DNA of 64,000 bases from an uncultured Thermoleophilia bacterium (GCA_963705605.1 CAVPKC010000003.1:281619-345618), one strand, 5' to 3'. Counted from the first letter of the stretch, positions 1 to 10,126 are shown. Made by a program: numbers and translations. Notes: generated from the sequence alone by a model not told the origin.

Positions 1-830
1 TCCATGTCCTCGCCGATCGTCTGTGTCGAGTAGCCGCCGACAGCGTCGACGACCGAGCGCTTGAACAGCCCGAACGCGCCGGAGATGATCAGCAGGGCGT
101 TCACCCGGCTCCAGCCGACCCTGCCGACGAGGAAGGCGCGAAAGTACTCGACGACCTGGAACGTGGCGACCCGGCTCTTCGGGAGCTTCACGTCGACGAC
201 CCGGCCGTGGTCGATCGTGCAGCCGTTCGCGATCCGGACGATGCCGCCAGTCGCGGCTACCAGATCGGGGTTGTCGAGGATGGGCTTGGCGACGCGGATC
301 AGGGCGTCGTGCTCGAGGATGGCGTCCGCGTCCACCGCGCAGACATACGGGTAGCGCGCCGCGTTGACGCCGACGTTGAGGGCGTCTGCCTTGCCGCCGT
401 TCTCCTTGTCGACGACCACGAGCTCGGGATGCTTCCTCGAGGCATAGACGGCCCGGACGGGCTTCGTCGCGATCCCCTCCCGCAGCGCCTTGCGAACGGG
501 CACGAGGTCGAACGCAGCCTTCAGCCGCTCCATGGTCGCGTCCTTCGACCCGTCGTTGATCATCACGATCTCGAACTCGGGGTAGCGGAGCGCGAGCAGC
601 GAGCGAATGCTCTCGACGACCCCCGCCTCCTCGTTGTAGCCGGGTAGCAGGATCGAGATCGCCGGCGTCAGCGGGGATGCAAACGACTCCTCCTCGGAGG
701 AGTACGAGCGCTGGCGCAGATACCGCGTCAGGCCCTGCCAGGCCATGACGGTGAACGTGATGTAGATCAGATTGAGGATCGCGAAATACGAGATGGTGAA
801 GATCCCGAAGATCTCGAGCGCCCGCGTCAT
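1..830 (-). CDS. Family 2 glycosyltransferase (PgaC/IcaA-like polysaccharide synthase type). The 3' end runs off the window.
   Basis: Hand translation of the reverse strand from the ATG at 830 gives MTRALEIFGIFTISYFAILNLIYITF..SILLPGYNEEAGVVESIRSLL..YPEFEIVMINDGSKD..VVDKENGGKADALNVG..AVDADAIL. There is an N-terminal TM helix plus GT2 motifs. An ATGA overlap joins it to the HEAT gene stop (827-830). It is absent from the ORF track because there is no stop inside the window. Confidence 0.8.
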   Translation of the reverse strand, partial: MTRALEIFGIFTISYFAILNLIYITFTVMAWQGLTRYLRQRSYSSEEESFASPLTPAISILLPGYNEEAGVVESIRSLLALRYPEFEIVMINDGSKDATMERLKAAFDLVPVRKALREGIATKPVRAVYASRKHPELVVVDKENGGKADALNVGVNAARYPYVCAVDADAILEHDALIRVAKPILDNPDLVAATGGIVRIANGCTIDHGRVVDVKLPKSRVATFQVVEYFRAFLVGRVGWSRVNALLIISGAFGLFKRSVVDAVGGYSTQTIGEDM

Positions 831-1843
831 GCGCGCACGGCGAGGAGATCGGCGGCCTCGGTCAGGTGCGGCCCGGCGTTCGCCCTGGACGCCGCCTCGC
901 GCACACGCTGCGGATCGATCAGGCCCAGCGCTTCCGCGGCCGCGCGCGCCGGCTCGAACGAGTCGATGCGTGCCTGTTCGAGGAGATCGTCGGCAGCGGA
1001 GCGATCGCCGACCTGCCCGAGTGCGATCGCGGCGGTCGCGCGAACGAACGCGATCCGGTCCTGGAGCGCGCGTCTGAGCTCCGCGGCCGCCTCGCCGGCG
1101 CCAAGGCGGCCCAGCGCTCTCGCGGCTTTCGCACGCACCTCCGCCGAGGGGTCCCGCAAGCGAGCGAGGACGATCCCCGCGTCGGCGGCGTCACCGAGCA
1201 GCCCGATCAGCTCGATCGCCCGGCCCCGTACGCCGTCGTCCTCGTCCGCCGCCAGCTCTCGCAGCTCCGGAACGGCCGGCGCGCCGATCGTGAGCAGCGA
1301 CTGGGACGCGATCGCCCGGGGCACGGCGCCGGAGACCAGCGCCCGGACGAGCGGCTCGACCGCGTCGACCGCGCGAAGCGCTCCCAGACTCCGGGCGGCA
1401 GCCTCCCGGACCTCCGTGGACTCGTCGGCGATCAGCAACTCGAGCAGCGCCGGGATCGCCACGCGGGAGCCCATGTCCCCGAGGCTGTGGGCGGCCATCG
1501 CCCGCCGCCAGGCACGGCCGTCCTTCGTATGCGCGAGCTCCCGGAAGACGTGGCCGTTCGCCTCGAAGAACGCCGAGATGCACTGCCGGGAGGTTCCGGA
1601 GAGCTGCTGAGCGTAGCGACCCAGCATCGCCGCGAGCACCTGTGAGCCTCGCTCGTCCATGCCGACGACGTCGACCGGATCCCCGTCGATCAGTGCGAAC
1701 GCCACCGGTCGAAGGCGCGGCTCCAGGTCATGGCGGATCCGCTCGTCTCGGGCGATGAACGCGCGCCGGGTGGCGAGGACGGCGACGGTGAGAACCCCCG
1801 CGGCAAAGAGCGCGACGGCACTGAGCGCCAGCGCCCCTGTCAT
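827..1843 (-). CDS. HEAT-repeat protein with an N-terminal TM helix
   Basis: 338-aa ORF. It has an N-terminal hydrophobic helix (ALALSAVALFAAGVLTVAVLA), then repeated units of the form VR..AA.ALG.LG...A...L...L.D typical of PBS-lyase/HEAT repeats. Confidence 0.75.
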   Translation of the reverse strand: MTGALALSAVALFAAGVLTVAVLATRRAFIARDERIRHDLEPRLRPVAFALIDGDPVDVVGMDERGSQVLAAMLGRYAQQLSGTSRQCISAFFEANGHVFRELAHTKDGRAWRRAMAAHSLGDMGSRVAIPALLELLIADESTEVREAAARSLGALRAVDAVEPLVRALVSGAVPRAIASQSLLTIGAPAVPELRELAADEDDGVRGRAIELIGLLGDAADAGIVLARLRDPSAEVRAKAARALGRLGAGEAAAELRRALQDRIAFVRATAAIALGQVGDRSAADDLLEQARIDSFEPARAAAEALGLIDPQRVREAASRANAGPHLTEAADLLAVRA

Positions 1844-1848
1844 TTGCC

Positions 1849-2238
1849 TTACCTGCGGCCGAGGATGGCCTGCACGCGAGCCCGCAGCTCCTGCGGGCTG
1901 AAGGGCTTCTTGATGTAGTCGTCAGCGCCGGCTTCGAACCCTCTCGCGATGTCGGCCTCCTGGACTCGCGCGGTCAGGAGCACGATCGGCATTCGCTTGC
2001 CCTCGGCGCGAAGCCGCTCGGTCACCTCGAGGCCGGTCAGGCGCGGCATCATCACGTCGAGGACTGCGAGATCCGGATGCTGGTCGAGGGCGATCTGAAG
2101 CGCCTGCTCGCCGTCGGAGGCCGTGACGATCCGGTAGCCCGCTCGCTCGAGCCGGAAGGCGACCAGCTGGAGGATGTCCTCGTCGTCGTCGGCGACGAGG
2201 ACGAGCGGATTCGGGGTGTTCGTCTCGACAGCACTCAC
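1849..2238 (-). CDS. Single-domain response regulator (CheY-like receiver)
   Basis: 129-aa ORF with LVADDDEDIL..DLAVLDVMMP..G.EV...LR......PIVLLTA....D......GADDYIKKPF. It overlaps the kinase stop by 4 nt. Confidence 0.9.
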   Translation of the reverse strand: MSAVETNTPNPLVLVADDDEDILQLVAFRLERAGYRIVTASDGEQALQIALDQHPDLAVLDVMMPRLTGLEVTERLRAEGKRMPIVLLTARVQEADIARGFEAGADDYIKKPFSPQELRARVQAILGRR

Positions 2239-5200
2239 GTTCGGCCTCCCGCCTCCTCTATCGGCATCGGCTCGCGGCCGCTTGAGAGAGCTGCCTCGAC
2301 CGGGAGCTCGACGACGAACGTCGTCCCCTTCCCCGCTTCGCTCTCGACCGCGATGCTGCCACCGTGGGCCTCCGCGATCGCCTTCGTGATCGCCAGCCCG
2401 AGACCCGTGCCCTGGATGGCGCGCTTCGTCGCCTCCGAGGTCCTGAAGAAGCGCTGGAAGAGGTTCGCCTGCTCGTCGGGCGGGATGCCCATGCCGGTGT
2501 CGGAGACGGTGAGCACGACGCGGCGTTCGTCGACCGCCAGGCGGACGCGGACGTTGCCTCCCTCGGGTGTGAACTTGATCGCGTTCGAGACGAGGTTGTC
2601 GAACAGCTGCGCGAGCCGCGTCTTGTCTCCGAGAATCGCAGCGGCGAGCTTGCTCTCGAGTGACAGGTCGAGCTCCTTCTCGGTCGCCCGCGGACGGGCG
2701 GCCTCGATGCAGTCGGCTGCGATCTGCGCGAGGTCGACGGGCTCCCGCTCGATCGTCAGCTTCCCGGCCTCGATCTGGGCGACGAAGAGGAGGTCCCCGA
2801 CGAGGCGGAGCAGACGCTGCGCGTTGCGCTCGATGATCGACAGGAAGTGCTCCTGATCCTCGGTCACCGCCCCCGCGTCGCCTTCGAGGACGAGCTCGAG
2901 ATACCCCAGGATCGACGTCAGCGGCGTCCGTAGCTCGTGCGACACGAGGGCGACGAACTCGTCCTTCATGCGATCGAGCTGGCGCAGCCGCTCGTTCTGC
3001 TCCTCGAGCTGACCGAGAAGCCGCTCGAGCTCGGCGGCCGCGAGCTTCGCCTCGGTGATGTCGAGCGAGATCCCGAGCAGGTAGCGCGAGGTGCCCGACT
3101 CGTCGACGATCGGCACCTTGCGCGTGTGCAGGTAGCGGGTGCCGAGCTCCTTCGTCTCGATCGGTTCCTCCGGGACGTCGAGGAGCTCCTGGGCGTCGAC
3201 AACGTGCCTGTCCTTCTCGATGAAGAACTCGGCCTGCTCGGGTGGGAAGAAGTCCCGGTCGCTCTTGCCGAGAAGCGCAGCGCGGTCGAAGCCCCAGAGC
3301 TCCTCTGCAGCTCGGTTGACTCGAACGAAGCGAAGCTCTTCCGCATCCTTCAGGAAGAGCGGCGTCGGCAGGCTCTCGACGATCGAGTCGAGGAGGTTCT
3401 TCGCACCCGCCAGCTCCTCCTCGTCGAGCTTGCGCTGGGTGATGTCACGGGAGATCCCGAACGTCCCGACGATCTCACCCTGCTCGTCCCGGAGCGGGAG
3501 CCGCGACGAAACGACCCAGGTCACGCTCCCGTCCGGCCAGGTCTCCTTGTCCTCGATGTCGAGCATCGGCTCGCCGGTCCGGAGGAGCTCCTCCTCGTCC
3601 GCACGCGCTTTGGCGGCGTGCTCACCGGTGAAGAAGTCGAAGTCTGTCTTTCCGATCGCCTCCGCCGGATCGTCGAGGCCGAGCCAGCGTGCGAGCGTTT
3701 CGGAGATGCGCAGGAACCGGCTCTCGCGGTCCTTGAAGTAGATGTGATCGGGCGTGGCGTGCATGAAGATCCGCATCAGATCCCGCTCCGTCGCGAGATC
3801 GGCCTCGGCGCGCCTCCGCTCCGTGACGTCGAAGATCGCCCCGTCCAGCCACAGCACCTCCCCGCCCGGCCCGATGATCGGCTGGCCCTTCTCCGAGACC
3901 CAGCGGACCGAGCCGTCGGCGTGCATGACGCGGTACTCGAGCTCGAACGGCTCCTTGCGGCGCACTCCCTCGCCGACGATCCGGTCGACGTCGGCCCTGT
4001 CGTCGGGATGGATGACGCTCGCGTACGAGCGCACGGAGTTGTCGATGAACTCCGCCCCTGCGTGCCCTGTGATCTCCCGGATCGCGTCGCTCATGTAGCT
4101 CATCGTCCAGTCGGCGTCCGCCGAGCACCGGTAGATGGCACCGGGAAGATTCGCCACGAGCGTCCGGAACTGCTCCTCGCGGGCACGAAGGTCCTGGTCT
4201 GCCTGCACTCTCGCGATGAACTGCCCGATCTGGCTCCCGAACGACACCAGGACCGGGAGCAGGTCGGCGTCGGGCTCCCGGACCTCGCGTACGAGCAGCT
4301 CGAGGACGCCGATCACGAGACCGCCGCTCGTGATCGGCGTGGCGAGAGCACCGTGGAGGCCCGAGGCCGCAATGGCCGCCGATCGGGCACGGCTCGCAGG
4401 CACGACATCGGCGAACCAGGCGGGCTCGCCGGTCTCCCAGACGCGGCCGGGTAGCCCTGCGCCACGTTCGAGCTCGAGCGTCCAGCTCACGTCGACGAAC
4501 TGCTCGAAGCGGCCGCCGTCCCCGTGCCACATCGAGGCGAGGCGAAGGCGGTCGGCCTCGGAGTCGACGAGCCAGATGCCTCCGAGGTCCCAGTCGAGGC
4601 TCCCGCAGACCTCTGCCAGCAGGCGCGGCGCCGCTTCTTCGAGCGTGGCCGACTCGGCGAGCGCACGCGTGACGGCATGCTGCGCCTCGAGCCGTTGCTC
4701 GGTTCGCTTCCGCTCCGTCACGTCCGCGAGGACCGCGACGAGGCCGATCGCCTGACCGCTCGCATCGCGGAGCGGCGCGGAGGAGGCGCTGACGTCGATC
4801 GCCCGTCCATCCTTGTGCCGGCGCCGCACCTCTAGGTTTCGCCACGAGCGCCCCGTCAGCGCCAGGCCGATCGTCTCGAGGAAGCCCTCCTCCTCCCCTT
4901 CGGGAAGGATCGGGTTGAACCTGCCGATGACCTCCGCCTCGGTCCAGCCGAACATCCGCGTCGCCGCTTCACTCCACCGGGTCACGCGACCCTGGTCGTC
5001 CAGGGTCACGATCGCAAGCGGCGAGGAGTCGACAATCGCCTCCAGCGCGTGGGTGGTCTCGCTCAGCGCCTCCTCGGCACGCTTGCGCTCGGTGATGTCG
5101 GTAAGGATCGCGGTCGTGCCGACGATGGCGCCGTCCGCCGCGCGGAGGGGCGCCTTCGAATAGCTCACGTCGACCCTGGTCCCGTCCTTGCGAAGACGCA

Positions 5201-7868
5201 CGGCCTCCGCGTCGGTCACCGTCTCGCCCTTGTTCGCCCGCTCACGCGACGCGAGGCCGTCCGGGTCGTCGGGAACGAAGTGCGGCGGCGGCTTTCCGAG
5301 CACCTCTTCCCTTCGCCAGCCGAACATCGACTCTGCGGCCGGGTTCCAGCCCGTCACGAGGCCGTCGCGGTCGGAGGTCACGATCGCAACGGGGGAGCTC
5401 TCGACGAGCGCGCCGAGCAGCTGGGTGGTCTCGCGGAGCTCCTCCTGGGCCCGCTCCTGCTCGGTGACGTCCAACGCGACCCCGCCGACGTACTCCCGTC
5501 CCAGAGCGTCCCGGAACGGGAACTTGAACGTCAGCAACGTTCGCTCGAGGTCCCTGGCCTCGACGTGCTCGAGCTTCCGGACCGGCCGTCCGGCCGCGAG
5601 TGCGGCGGCATCGTCCGAGCGGAACACGTCCGCGTACTCGGGGAACACGTCCGCGTCGGTGCGCCCGAGCACCTCCTCCGGCTCGTGGCCGAAGAACTCG
5701 CGCCAGCGGGCGTTGACGTAGACGTACCGGCCTTCCGCGTCCTTTGCGAACGCGACGGCGGGCGTGGTGTCCATGAACGCGGCGAACCGAGCCTCGCTCT
5801 CGGTGAGCGCGTCCTGCGTCTGCTTCTTGGCCGTCATGTCGACCAGGACGGAGGCGACCCCGATGATCGAGCCGTCGCCATTGCGAAGCGGAGCAGAGGA
5901 CGCGTTGACGACGACCTCTGAACCGTCCTCGCGCAAGCGAACGACGTCCGCGGTGCTCCAGGTCTGGCCGCTCAGCCCGCGCTGCAGGTACTCGTCGAAC
6001 TCCTGACGGCTGTCCTTCTGCTCGACGAACGGGTTCGGTCCCGCGAGAGCCTCCTCGGCCGTCCAGCCGAGAAGGTCCTCCGCTGCCGGGTTCCAGAGGA
6101 TCACCGAGCCCTCCGTGTCGAAGCCGACGATCGCGGCGGGCGAATTCGTCACGAGCGCCTCGAGCGTGGCCGTCGCCTCCTGAAGCGATCGTGCAGTCCA
6201 CTGGCGCCTGATCGCCTCCCCGAGGATCCCGGCCGCCGCCCGCAGCGCGTCGATCTCCGCCTCGCTCCAGCGGCGCTGGAGCTCGCAGTCGTCGAAGCCG
6301 AGTACGCCCCACCAGGAACCCTCCACCAGCACCGGGATCTCGAGAACCGAACGGATGTCCTGGCGCTCGAGCTCGGCGCGCTCCCGCTCCGGGAAGTCGC
6401 GGATGGGGCCCTGGACGACCCCGCCGGTCGAGAGCGTCTCGGCCCAGCGCCCGAACCCGGCGGCCAGGTAGTCGAACGCTGCCAGCCCAGCGTCGTCGAT
6501 CATCGGCCGCACGCCGGGTGCCACCCATTCGGCGAGCTGCCTCCCGATGACCGCACCCTTCTCCGACCGGTGATTCTCGAAGAGGTACGTGCGACTCGCG
6601 TCGATCGCCCTACCGAGCTGACCGACGACGTCGACCTCCTCCCACGACGCCCTCGTGACGAGCTCGCCCGCGATCCGTGCGACGGCCTGCATGATCCGCT
6701 CGCGCCGTTCGAGGGCGGCGCGAGCGTTGCGCTGTTCCGTGACCTCCACGCCCACGCCGATGTAGCCGGCGAGCGTTCCGTCGGGTCGGTAGTTGGGCCT
6801 TCCGCGATCGAGGATCCAGCGGTACTCGCCGTCGGCTCGTCGCAGCCGGTACTCGGCCTCGTAGGGCTGGTGCTCGCGAATCGCGGCCATGTAAGCGTGG
6901 TACGCGACGTCGAGATCGTCGGGGTGCACCATCTCCGCCCACCCGTCGCCGATCTCCTCGGCGAGCGTCCGACCGGTGAAATCCAGCCAGGCCTGCGAGA
7001 AGAACGTGACCGTCCCGGACGGATCCGCTGTCCAGATCAGGACCGGCGCGTTGTCCGCCATCGAGCGGAAGCGCTCCTCGCTCTCCCGAAGCGCCTCCTC
7101 CGCCTCCTTGCGCTCGGTGATGTCGAGCAGGTACCCCTGGGAGTAGGCCGGCTCTCCGGAGCGGTCGTAGACGACCACGCACTCGTCCCGGAACCACACG
7201 GCATGCCCGTCACGCGCGACCAGACGGTACTCGCAGGCGAATCGCTCTCCGCTCGCGTTCGTCCGCCGAACCTCGGCGAGCACGCGCTCCCGGTCGTCCG
7301 GATGCAGGATCCGGACGAACAGATCGGGATCGGACTGCCATTCCGCGACCGTGTAGCCGAGTACCGATTCGAGCTGCGGGCTCGTGTAGACGTTCGAGCT
7401 GCGCTCGTCGAGGGCGTCGATGTACGTGACGAGCGGCAACTGCTCGACGAGCGTCCGGTAACGGATCTCCGCCTCGCGAACCTGTTCCTCGGCCCGCCTC
7501 CGCGTGTCGACGTCCTCGATCGTGGCGACCACGAACTCAGGTGATCCCGACTCGTCGCGGACGAGCGACGCGATCACGTGTCCCCAGAACGTCGAGCCGT
7601 CCTTGCGGACGTAGCGCTTCTCGAGGTCGTAGGAGTCCAGCTCCCCCGCTGCGAGCTCCTCGAACCGCGGGAGGGTCTCCTGTGCGTCGTCAGGATGGGT
7701 GATCATGCTGACCGTCGCCCCGTCGAGCTCGCCGCTCGCGTAGCCGAGCATCCGGCTGTAGGCCGCGTTGGCGTCGAGGATCCTGCCCTCGAGATCGACA
7801 ACGGCGATCCCGACGGCAGCCTGCTCGACGATGGCGTGGAAGCGCCGATCGCTCTCGATCACCCACAA
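2235..7868 (-). CDS. Giant cytoplasmic multi-PAS/GAF sensor histidine kinase (about 10 PAS, 2 GAF, HisKA, HATPase_c)
   Basis: Single uninterrupted 1877-aa ORF. It has many PAS-type N-caps (e.g. LEALVTNSPAAIVGFDTEG, LGALVESSPVAIVTSDRDG, LEAIVDSSPLAIVTLDDQG). The H-box is FVALVSHELRTPLTSILGY. The C-terminal G-boxes are DTGMGIP and GTGLGLAI. No TM segment is seen. Confidence 0.9.
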   Translation of the reverse strand: MWVIESDRRFHAIVEQAAVGIAVVDLEGRILDANAAYSRMLGYASGELDGATVSMITHPDDAQETLPRFEELAAGELDSYDLEKRYVRKDGSTFWGHVIASLVRDESGSPEFVVATIEDVDTRRRAEEQVREAEIRYRTLVEQLPLVTYIDALDERSSNVYTSPQLESVLGYTVAEWQSDPDLFVRILHPDDRERVLAEVRRTNASGERFACEYRLVARDGHAVWFRDECVVVYDRSGEPAYSQGYLLDITERKEAEEALRESEERFRSMADNAPVLIWTADPSGTVTFFSQAWLDFTGRTLAEEIGDGWAEMVHPDDLDVAYHAYMAAIREHQPYEAEYRLRRADGEYRWILDRGRPNYRPDGTLAGYIGVGVEVTEQRNARAALERRERIMQAVARIAGELVTRASWEEVDVVGQLGRAIDASRTYLFENHRSEKGAVIGRQLAEWVAPGVRPMIDDAGLAAFDYLAAGFGRWAETLSTGGVVQGPIRDFPERERAELERQDIRSVLEIPVLVEGSWWGVLGFDDCELQRRWSEAEIDALRAAAGILGEAIRRQWTARSLQEATATLEALVTNSPAAIVGFDTEGSVILWNPAAEDLLGWTAEEALAGPNPFVEQKDSRQEFDEYLQRGLSGQTWSTADVVRLREDGSEVVVNASSAPLRNGDGSIIGVASVLVDMTAKKQTQDALTESEARFAAFMDTTPAVAFAKDAEGRYVYVNARWREFFGHEPEEVLGRTDADVFPEYADVFRSDDAAALAAGRPVRKLEHVEARDLERTLLTFKFPFRDALGREYVGGVALDVTEQERAQEELRETTQLLGALVESSPVAIVTSDRDGLVTGWNPAAESMFGWRREEVLGKPPPHFVPDDPDGLASRERANKGETVTDAEAVRLRKDGTRVDVSYSKAPLRAADGAIVGTTAILTDITERKRAEEALSETTHALEAIVDSSPLAIVTLDDQGRVTRWSEAATRMFGWTEAEVIGRFNPILPEGEEEGFLETIGLALTGRSWRNLEVRRRHKDGRAIDVSASSAPLRDASGQAIGLVAVLADVTERKRTEQRLEAQHAVTRALAESATLEEAAPRLLAEVCGSLDWDLGGIWLVDSEADRLRLASMWHGDGGRFEQFVDVSWTLELERGAGLPGRVWETGEPAWFADVVPASRARSAAIAASGLHGALATPITSGGLVIGVLELLVREVREPDADLLPVLVSFGSQIGQFIARVQADQDLRAREEQFRTLVANLPGAIYRCSADADWTMSYMSDAIREITGHAGAEFIDNSVRSYASVIHPDDRADVDRIVGEGVRRKEPFELEYRVMHADGSVRWVSEKGQPIIGPGGEVLWLDGAIFDVTERRRAEADLATERDLMRIFMHATPDHIYFKDRESRFLRISETLARWLGLDDPAEAIGKTDFDFFTGEHAAKARADEEELLRTGEPMLDIEDKETWPDGSVTWVVSSRLPLRDEQGEIVGTFGISRDITQRKLDEEELAGAKNLLDSIVESLPTPLFLKDAEELRFVRVNRAAEELWGFDRAALLGKSDRDFFPPEQAEFFIEKDRHVVDAQELLDVPEEPIETKELGTRYLHTRKVPIVDESGTSRYLLGISLDITEAKLAAAELERLLGQLEEQNERLRQLDRMKDEFVALVSHELRTPLTSILGYLELVLEGDAGAVTEDQEHFLSIIERNAQRLLRLVGDLLFVAQIEAGKLTIEREPVDLAQIAADCIEAARPRATEKELDLSLESKLAAAILGDKTRLAQLFDNLVSNAIKFTPEGGNVRVRLAVDERRVVLTVSDTGMGIPPDEQANLFQRFFRTSEATKRAIQGTGLGLAITKAIAEAHGGSIAVESEAGKGTTFVVELPVEAALSSGREPMPIEEAGGRT

Positions 7869-7913
7869 GGTATCGGCCGGGGAATGCCCGGCATTGAGCG
7901 CCTGGCCCGGCGT

Positions 7914-8777
7914 CTACGGATGGATGAAGACCGGTGTTCCGAGCGGGAGCGTGCGCATCAGGTAGCGCATGTCAGCGTCGCTCGCGTGCGGGCACCCGGC
8001 CGAGCTCGCTTGCCCGATCGTCCCCGGTTCGTCCGTCCCGTGGACGGCGATCCGATCGCCGCCTCGCCAGCCGACCGGCAAGTTCGGCTGCTTGGCGGAG
8101 AGCGCGAGGATGCAGCAGCCGTAAAACGGGCCGTACCGGCTCCCCTCGAGCTTGTCGGTGACCGCGAAGCGCCCGATCGGCGTCGCGGAGCCCGGTGCGC
8201 CGACGCCGATCGTGACGCGCCGTACCACATCGGCGCCGCGCTTGACCACGAGGAGGCGGCGAGACAGGTCGATCGAGACGCTGAGCCTGGTCGGCTCGAC
8301 TTCGACGTCCTCGCGGCGCGAGTCGATCCAGGCGACGTTGCCGTTCCCGAGCTCGGGGGCGACAACGGCCAGCCAGCGGCCCCGGCGATCCACCACCGAG
8401 AGGGCTCGCGGGGAGCCGAACTCCGTCGTCGCGCCGAGCGTCGTGACGAGACGTCCGCCCGGCGTCGCGCGGAGCTTCACCGTGCCGGCGTCGACGCGTG
8501 CGGTGAGGTAGGCGCGCGGCTTCGCCTTCACCGGCCTGCGTCCGGGCACGGCTCCCGCGGTCGGAGCCGGATGATCCACGAGCCGAAGCTCGTGCCCAGG
8601 CGCGGGGCGAGGCTCTGCGACGGCAGGCTGCGGAATCGCGAGGCTGGGCGAGGCGCTGGCGAACATCGGCCGGAGGGCGAGCGTCAGCAAGCCGGCCGCG
8701 ACCAACAAGCCGAGGAGGGCGAACGACGTGACACGTCTGCGGCAGAGCACGGGCACCGCTCTCTCCATCGGGCGCAC
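7914..8777 (-). CDS. L,D-transpeptidase (YkuD) family protein, secreted or anchored
   Basis: 287-aa ORF with an N-terminal hydrophobic anchor and a C-terminal IAVHGTDEPGTIGQASSAGC catalytic His/Cys-type motif. Confidence 0.7.
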   Translation of the reverse strand: MRPMERAVPVLCRRRVTSFALLGLLVAAGLLTLALRPMFASASPSLAIPQPAVAEPRPAPGHELRLVDHPAPTAGAVPGRRPVKAKPRAYLTARVDAGTVKLRATPGGRLVTTLGATTEFGSPRALSVVDRRGRWLAVVAPELGNGNVAWIDSRREDVEVEPTRLSVSIDLSRRLLVVKRGADVVRRVTIGVGAPGSATPIGRFAVTDKLEGSRYGPFYGCCILALSAKQPNLPVGWRGGDRIAVHGTDEPGTIGQASSAGCPHASDADMRYLMRTLPLGTPVFIHP

Positions 8778-8866
8778 GCCCGCAGCCCTGGTTCACCAGG
8801 ACGAGTGATCGGGCACCTTCACCCGATTCGCGAATCTGCCGAGAGGAGGCTCTAGACTCGGTCGCG

Positions 8867-9028
8867 ATGCGAAGGTCGACACCGGTCGAGTGGGCCGCCT
8901 CGATCGGCGGCATTGCCGTCTTCGGGATCCTGTTCTTCGCGGTCGGGCTCGCGTGGTGGATCTCGTTCGTCGGAGGCGTGATCGTGCTCATCGCAGGGAT
9001 GATGTACGCGGCACGCCGGCGCTCTTGA
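8867..9028 (+). CDS. Small two-helix membrane protein (53 aa), hypothetical
   Basis: Hand translation gives MRRSTPVEWAASIGGIAVFGILFFAVGLAWWISFVGGVIVLIAGMMYAARRRS. GAGAGGAGG lies about 18 nt upstream. It is below the ORF-track size cutoff. Confidence 0.4.
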   Translation: MRRSTPVEWAASIGGIAVFGILFFAVGLAWWISFVGGVIVLIAGMMYAARRRS

Positions 9029-9033
9029 CCGCG

Positions 9034-9300
9034 ATGGACGCCCTCTACCTGACCCTGATCCCGCTCACCCTCGTCAAGCTGGGAATCATGGCGCTCGTCC
9101 TCTGGTGGGCGATCCGCTCGGCTCCCGGGCCCGGCGGCGGCGACACTCGCGACGAGGGAGGCGGCGGTGGAGGCCCCCCACGTCCGCCGCCACCGCGTGG
9201 GCCGAGAGCCCGTACCCGTCGCCTCCGAGCAGAGCATCGCAGGTCGCCTGCCCGCCGACCCGTGAACGGTCCGCCGTCGAGGCGTCAGACCCGCGTCTAG
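9034..9300 (+). CDS. Small membrane protein with a Gly/Pro/Arg-rich tail, hypothetical
   Basis: Internal ATG of ORF 8890..9300 gives MDALYLTLIPLTLVKLGIMALVLWWAIRS followed by a low-complexity tail. The coding status of the tail is uncertain. Confidence 0.3.
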   Translation: MDALYLTLIPLTLVKLGIMALVLWWAIRSAPGPGGGDTRDEGGGGGGPPRPPPPRGPRARTRRLRAEHRRSPARRPVNGPPSRRQTRV

Positions 9301-9908
9301 GGGGTCTCGCCGGGCAGGATCGAGTAGAGGGTCTTGTCGACGCGTCTGCCGTCGGGCTTCGGGAGCGATCGAACCACGCCTTCGCGCGTGAAGCCGGCGC
9401 GTTGGAGAACACGATCCGAAGGGCCGTTGCCGACGTTGACGTACGCAGCCACTCGCTGGACCCCAAGCGAGAATGCATGCTCGGCGAGCAGGCGCGCGAC
9501 CCGCGTCGCCACACCCCGCCCACGCGCCTCGGGGAACAGCCAGTAGCCGAGCTCCACGATTCCGCGCTCCGCGTCGAGGTGATGGAGAGTGCCGCCGCCG
9601 AGGATGGTTCCGCACGCCGCGTCGACGACCACCAGTGGCAGAAGCCGGCCGCTCGCGGCAAGCCCGGGCAGGTGCGGAAGGGTCGCCAGGAGCTCGTCGC
9701 GGCCGAGACTCGGCAGATTGCCTGCCTCTCGGATGGCGGGGTCGCTGAACGCGGGAACCATGGCATCGACGTCCTCGCGTCTCGGCGGACGGAGGACGAG
9801 GTCGCCCGCTCGAACCCCGTCCTCGGGGATCGAGAGCCGAAGTGTCGGCTCCGGTAGTCCGGGAACCCCGGATCGAGGGTTGTTCTCGGTGGTCGGTGTC
9901 TGGCTCAT
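9297..9908 (-). CDS. GNAT family N-acetyltransferase (RimJ/RimL-like)
   Basis: The ORF 9297..10031 is trimmed to MSQTPTT. It contains ELGYWLFPEARGRGVATRVARLLAEHAF..L.RV.A.V...N..S.RVL.RAGF..EG. Confidence 0.8.
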   Translation of the reverse strand: MSQTPTTENNPRSGVPGLPEPTLRLSIPEDGVRAGDLVLRPPRREDVDAMVPAFSDPAIREAGNLPSLGRDELLATLPHLPGLAASGRLLPLVVVDAACGTILGGGTLHHLDAERGIVELGYWLFPEARGRGVATRVARLLAEHAFSLGVQRVAAYVNVGNGPSDRVLQRAGFTREGVVRSLPKPDGRRVDKTLYSILPGETP

Positions 9909-10126
9909 GGTCGTGTAGCGCTCCTCATCTCGACTCCGGAGAGTGTCACGACCGCCACGGCGGATCACCACCGTGCTGGCATCCCCCTGGTGTCCGAACT
10001 GGCGCCCGGCCGGCCGTGCGGCTAGCCGCATCCCGGCAGGCCGATCCGCCGTGATCGAGGCAGCAGAGGCTTGTCCGCGGGTCGCGCGAGTGGGATAGTG
10101 ACACGGTCTACAGGGAGGAGGCCGGG

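Noticed and set aside
2937-4454. Long ORFs antisense to, or out of frame with, real genes. Examples are 2937..4454 (+) inside the kinase, 15378..16973 (-) inside the SARP gene, 55183..56907 (-) inside clpB, 57942..61448 (-, 1168 aa) spanning dnaJ-grpE-dnaK, 3622..4845 (-) and 5242..6528 (-).
   Set aside because: - Their translations are Arg/Pro/Gly/Ala-rich low-complexity strings, typical of stop-poor alternative frames in ~70% GC DNA.
- The overlapping frame carries clear family motifs in each case.
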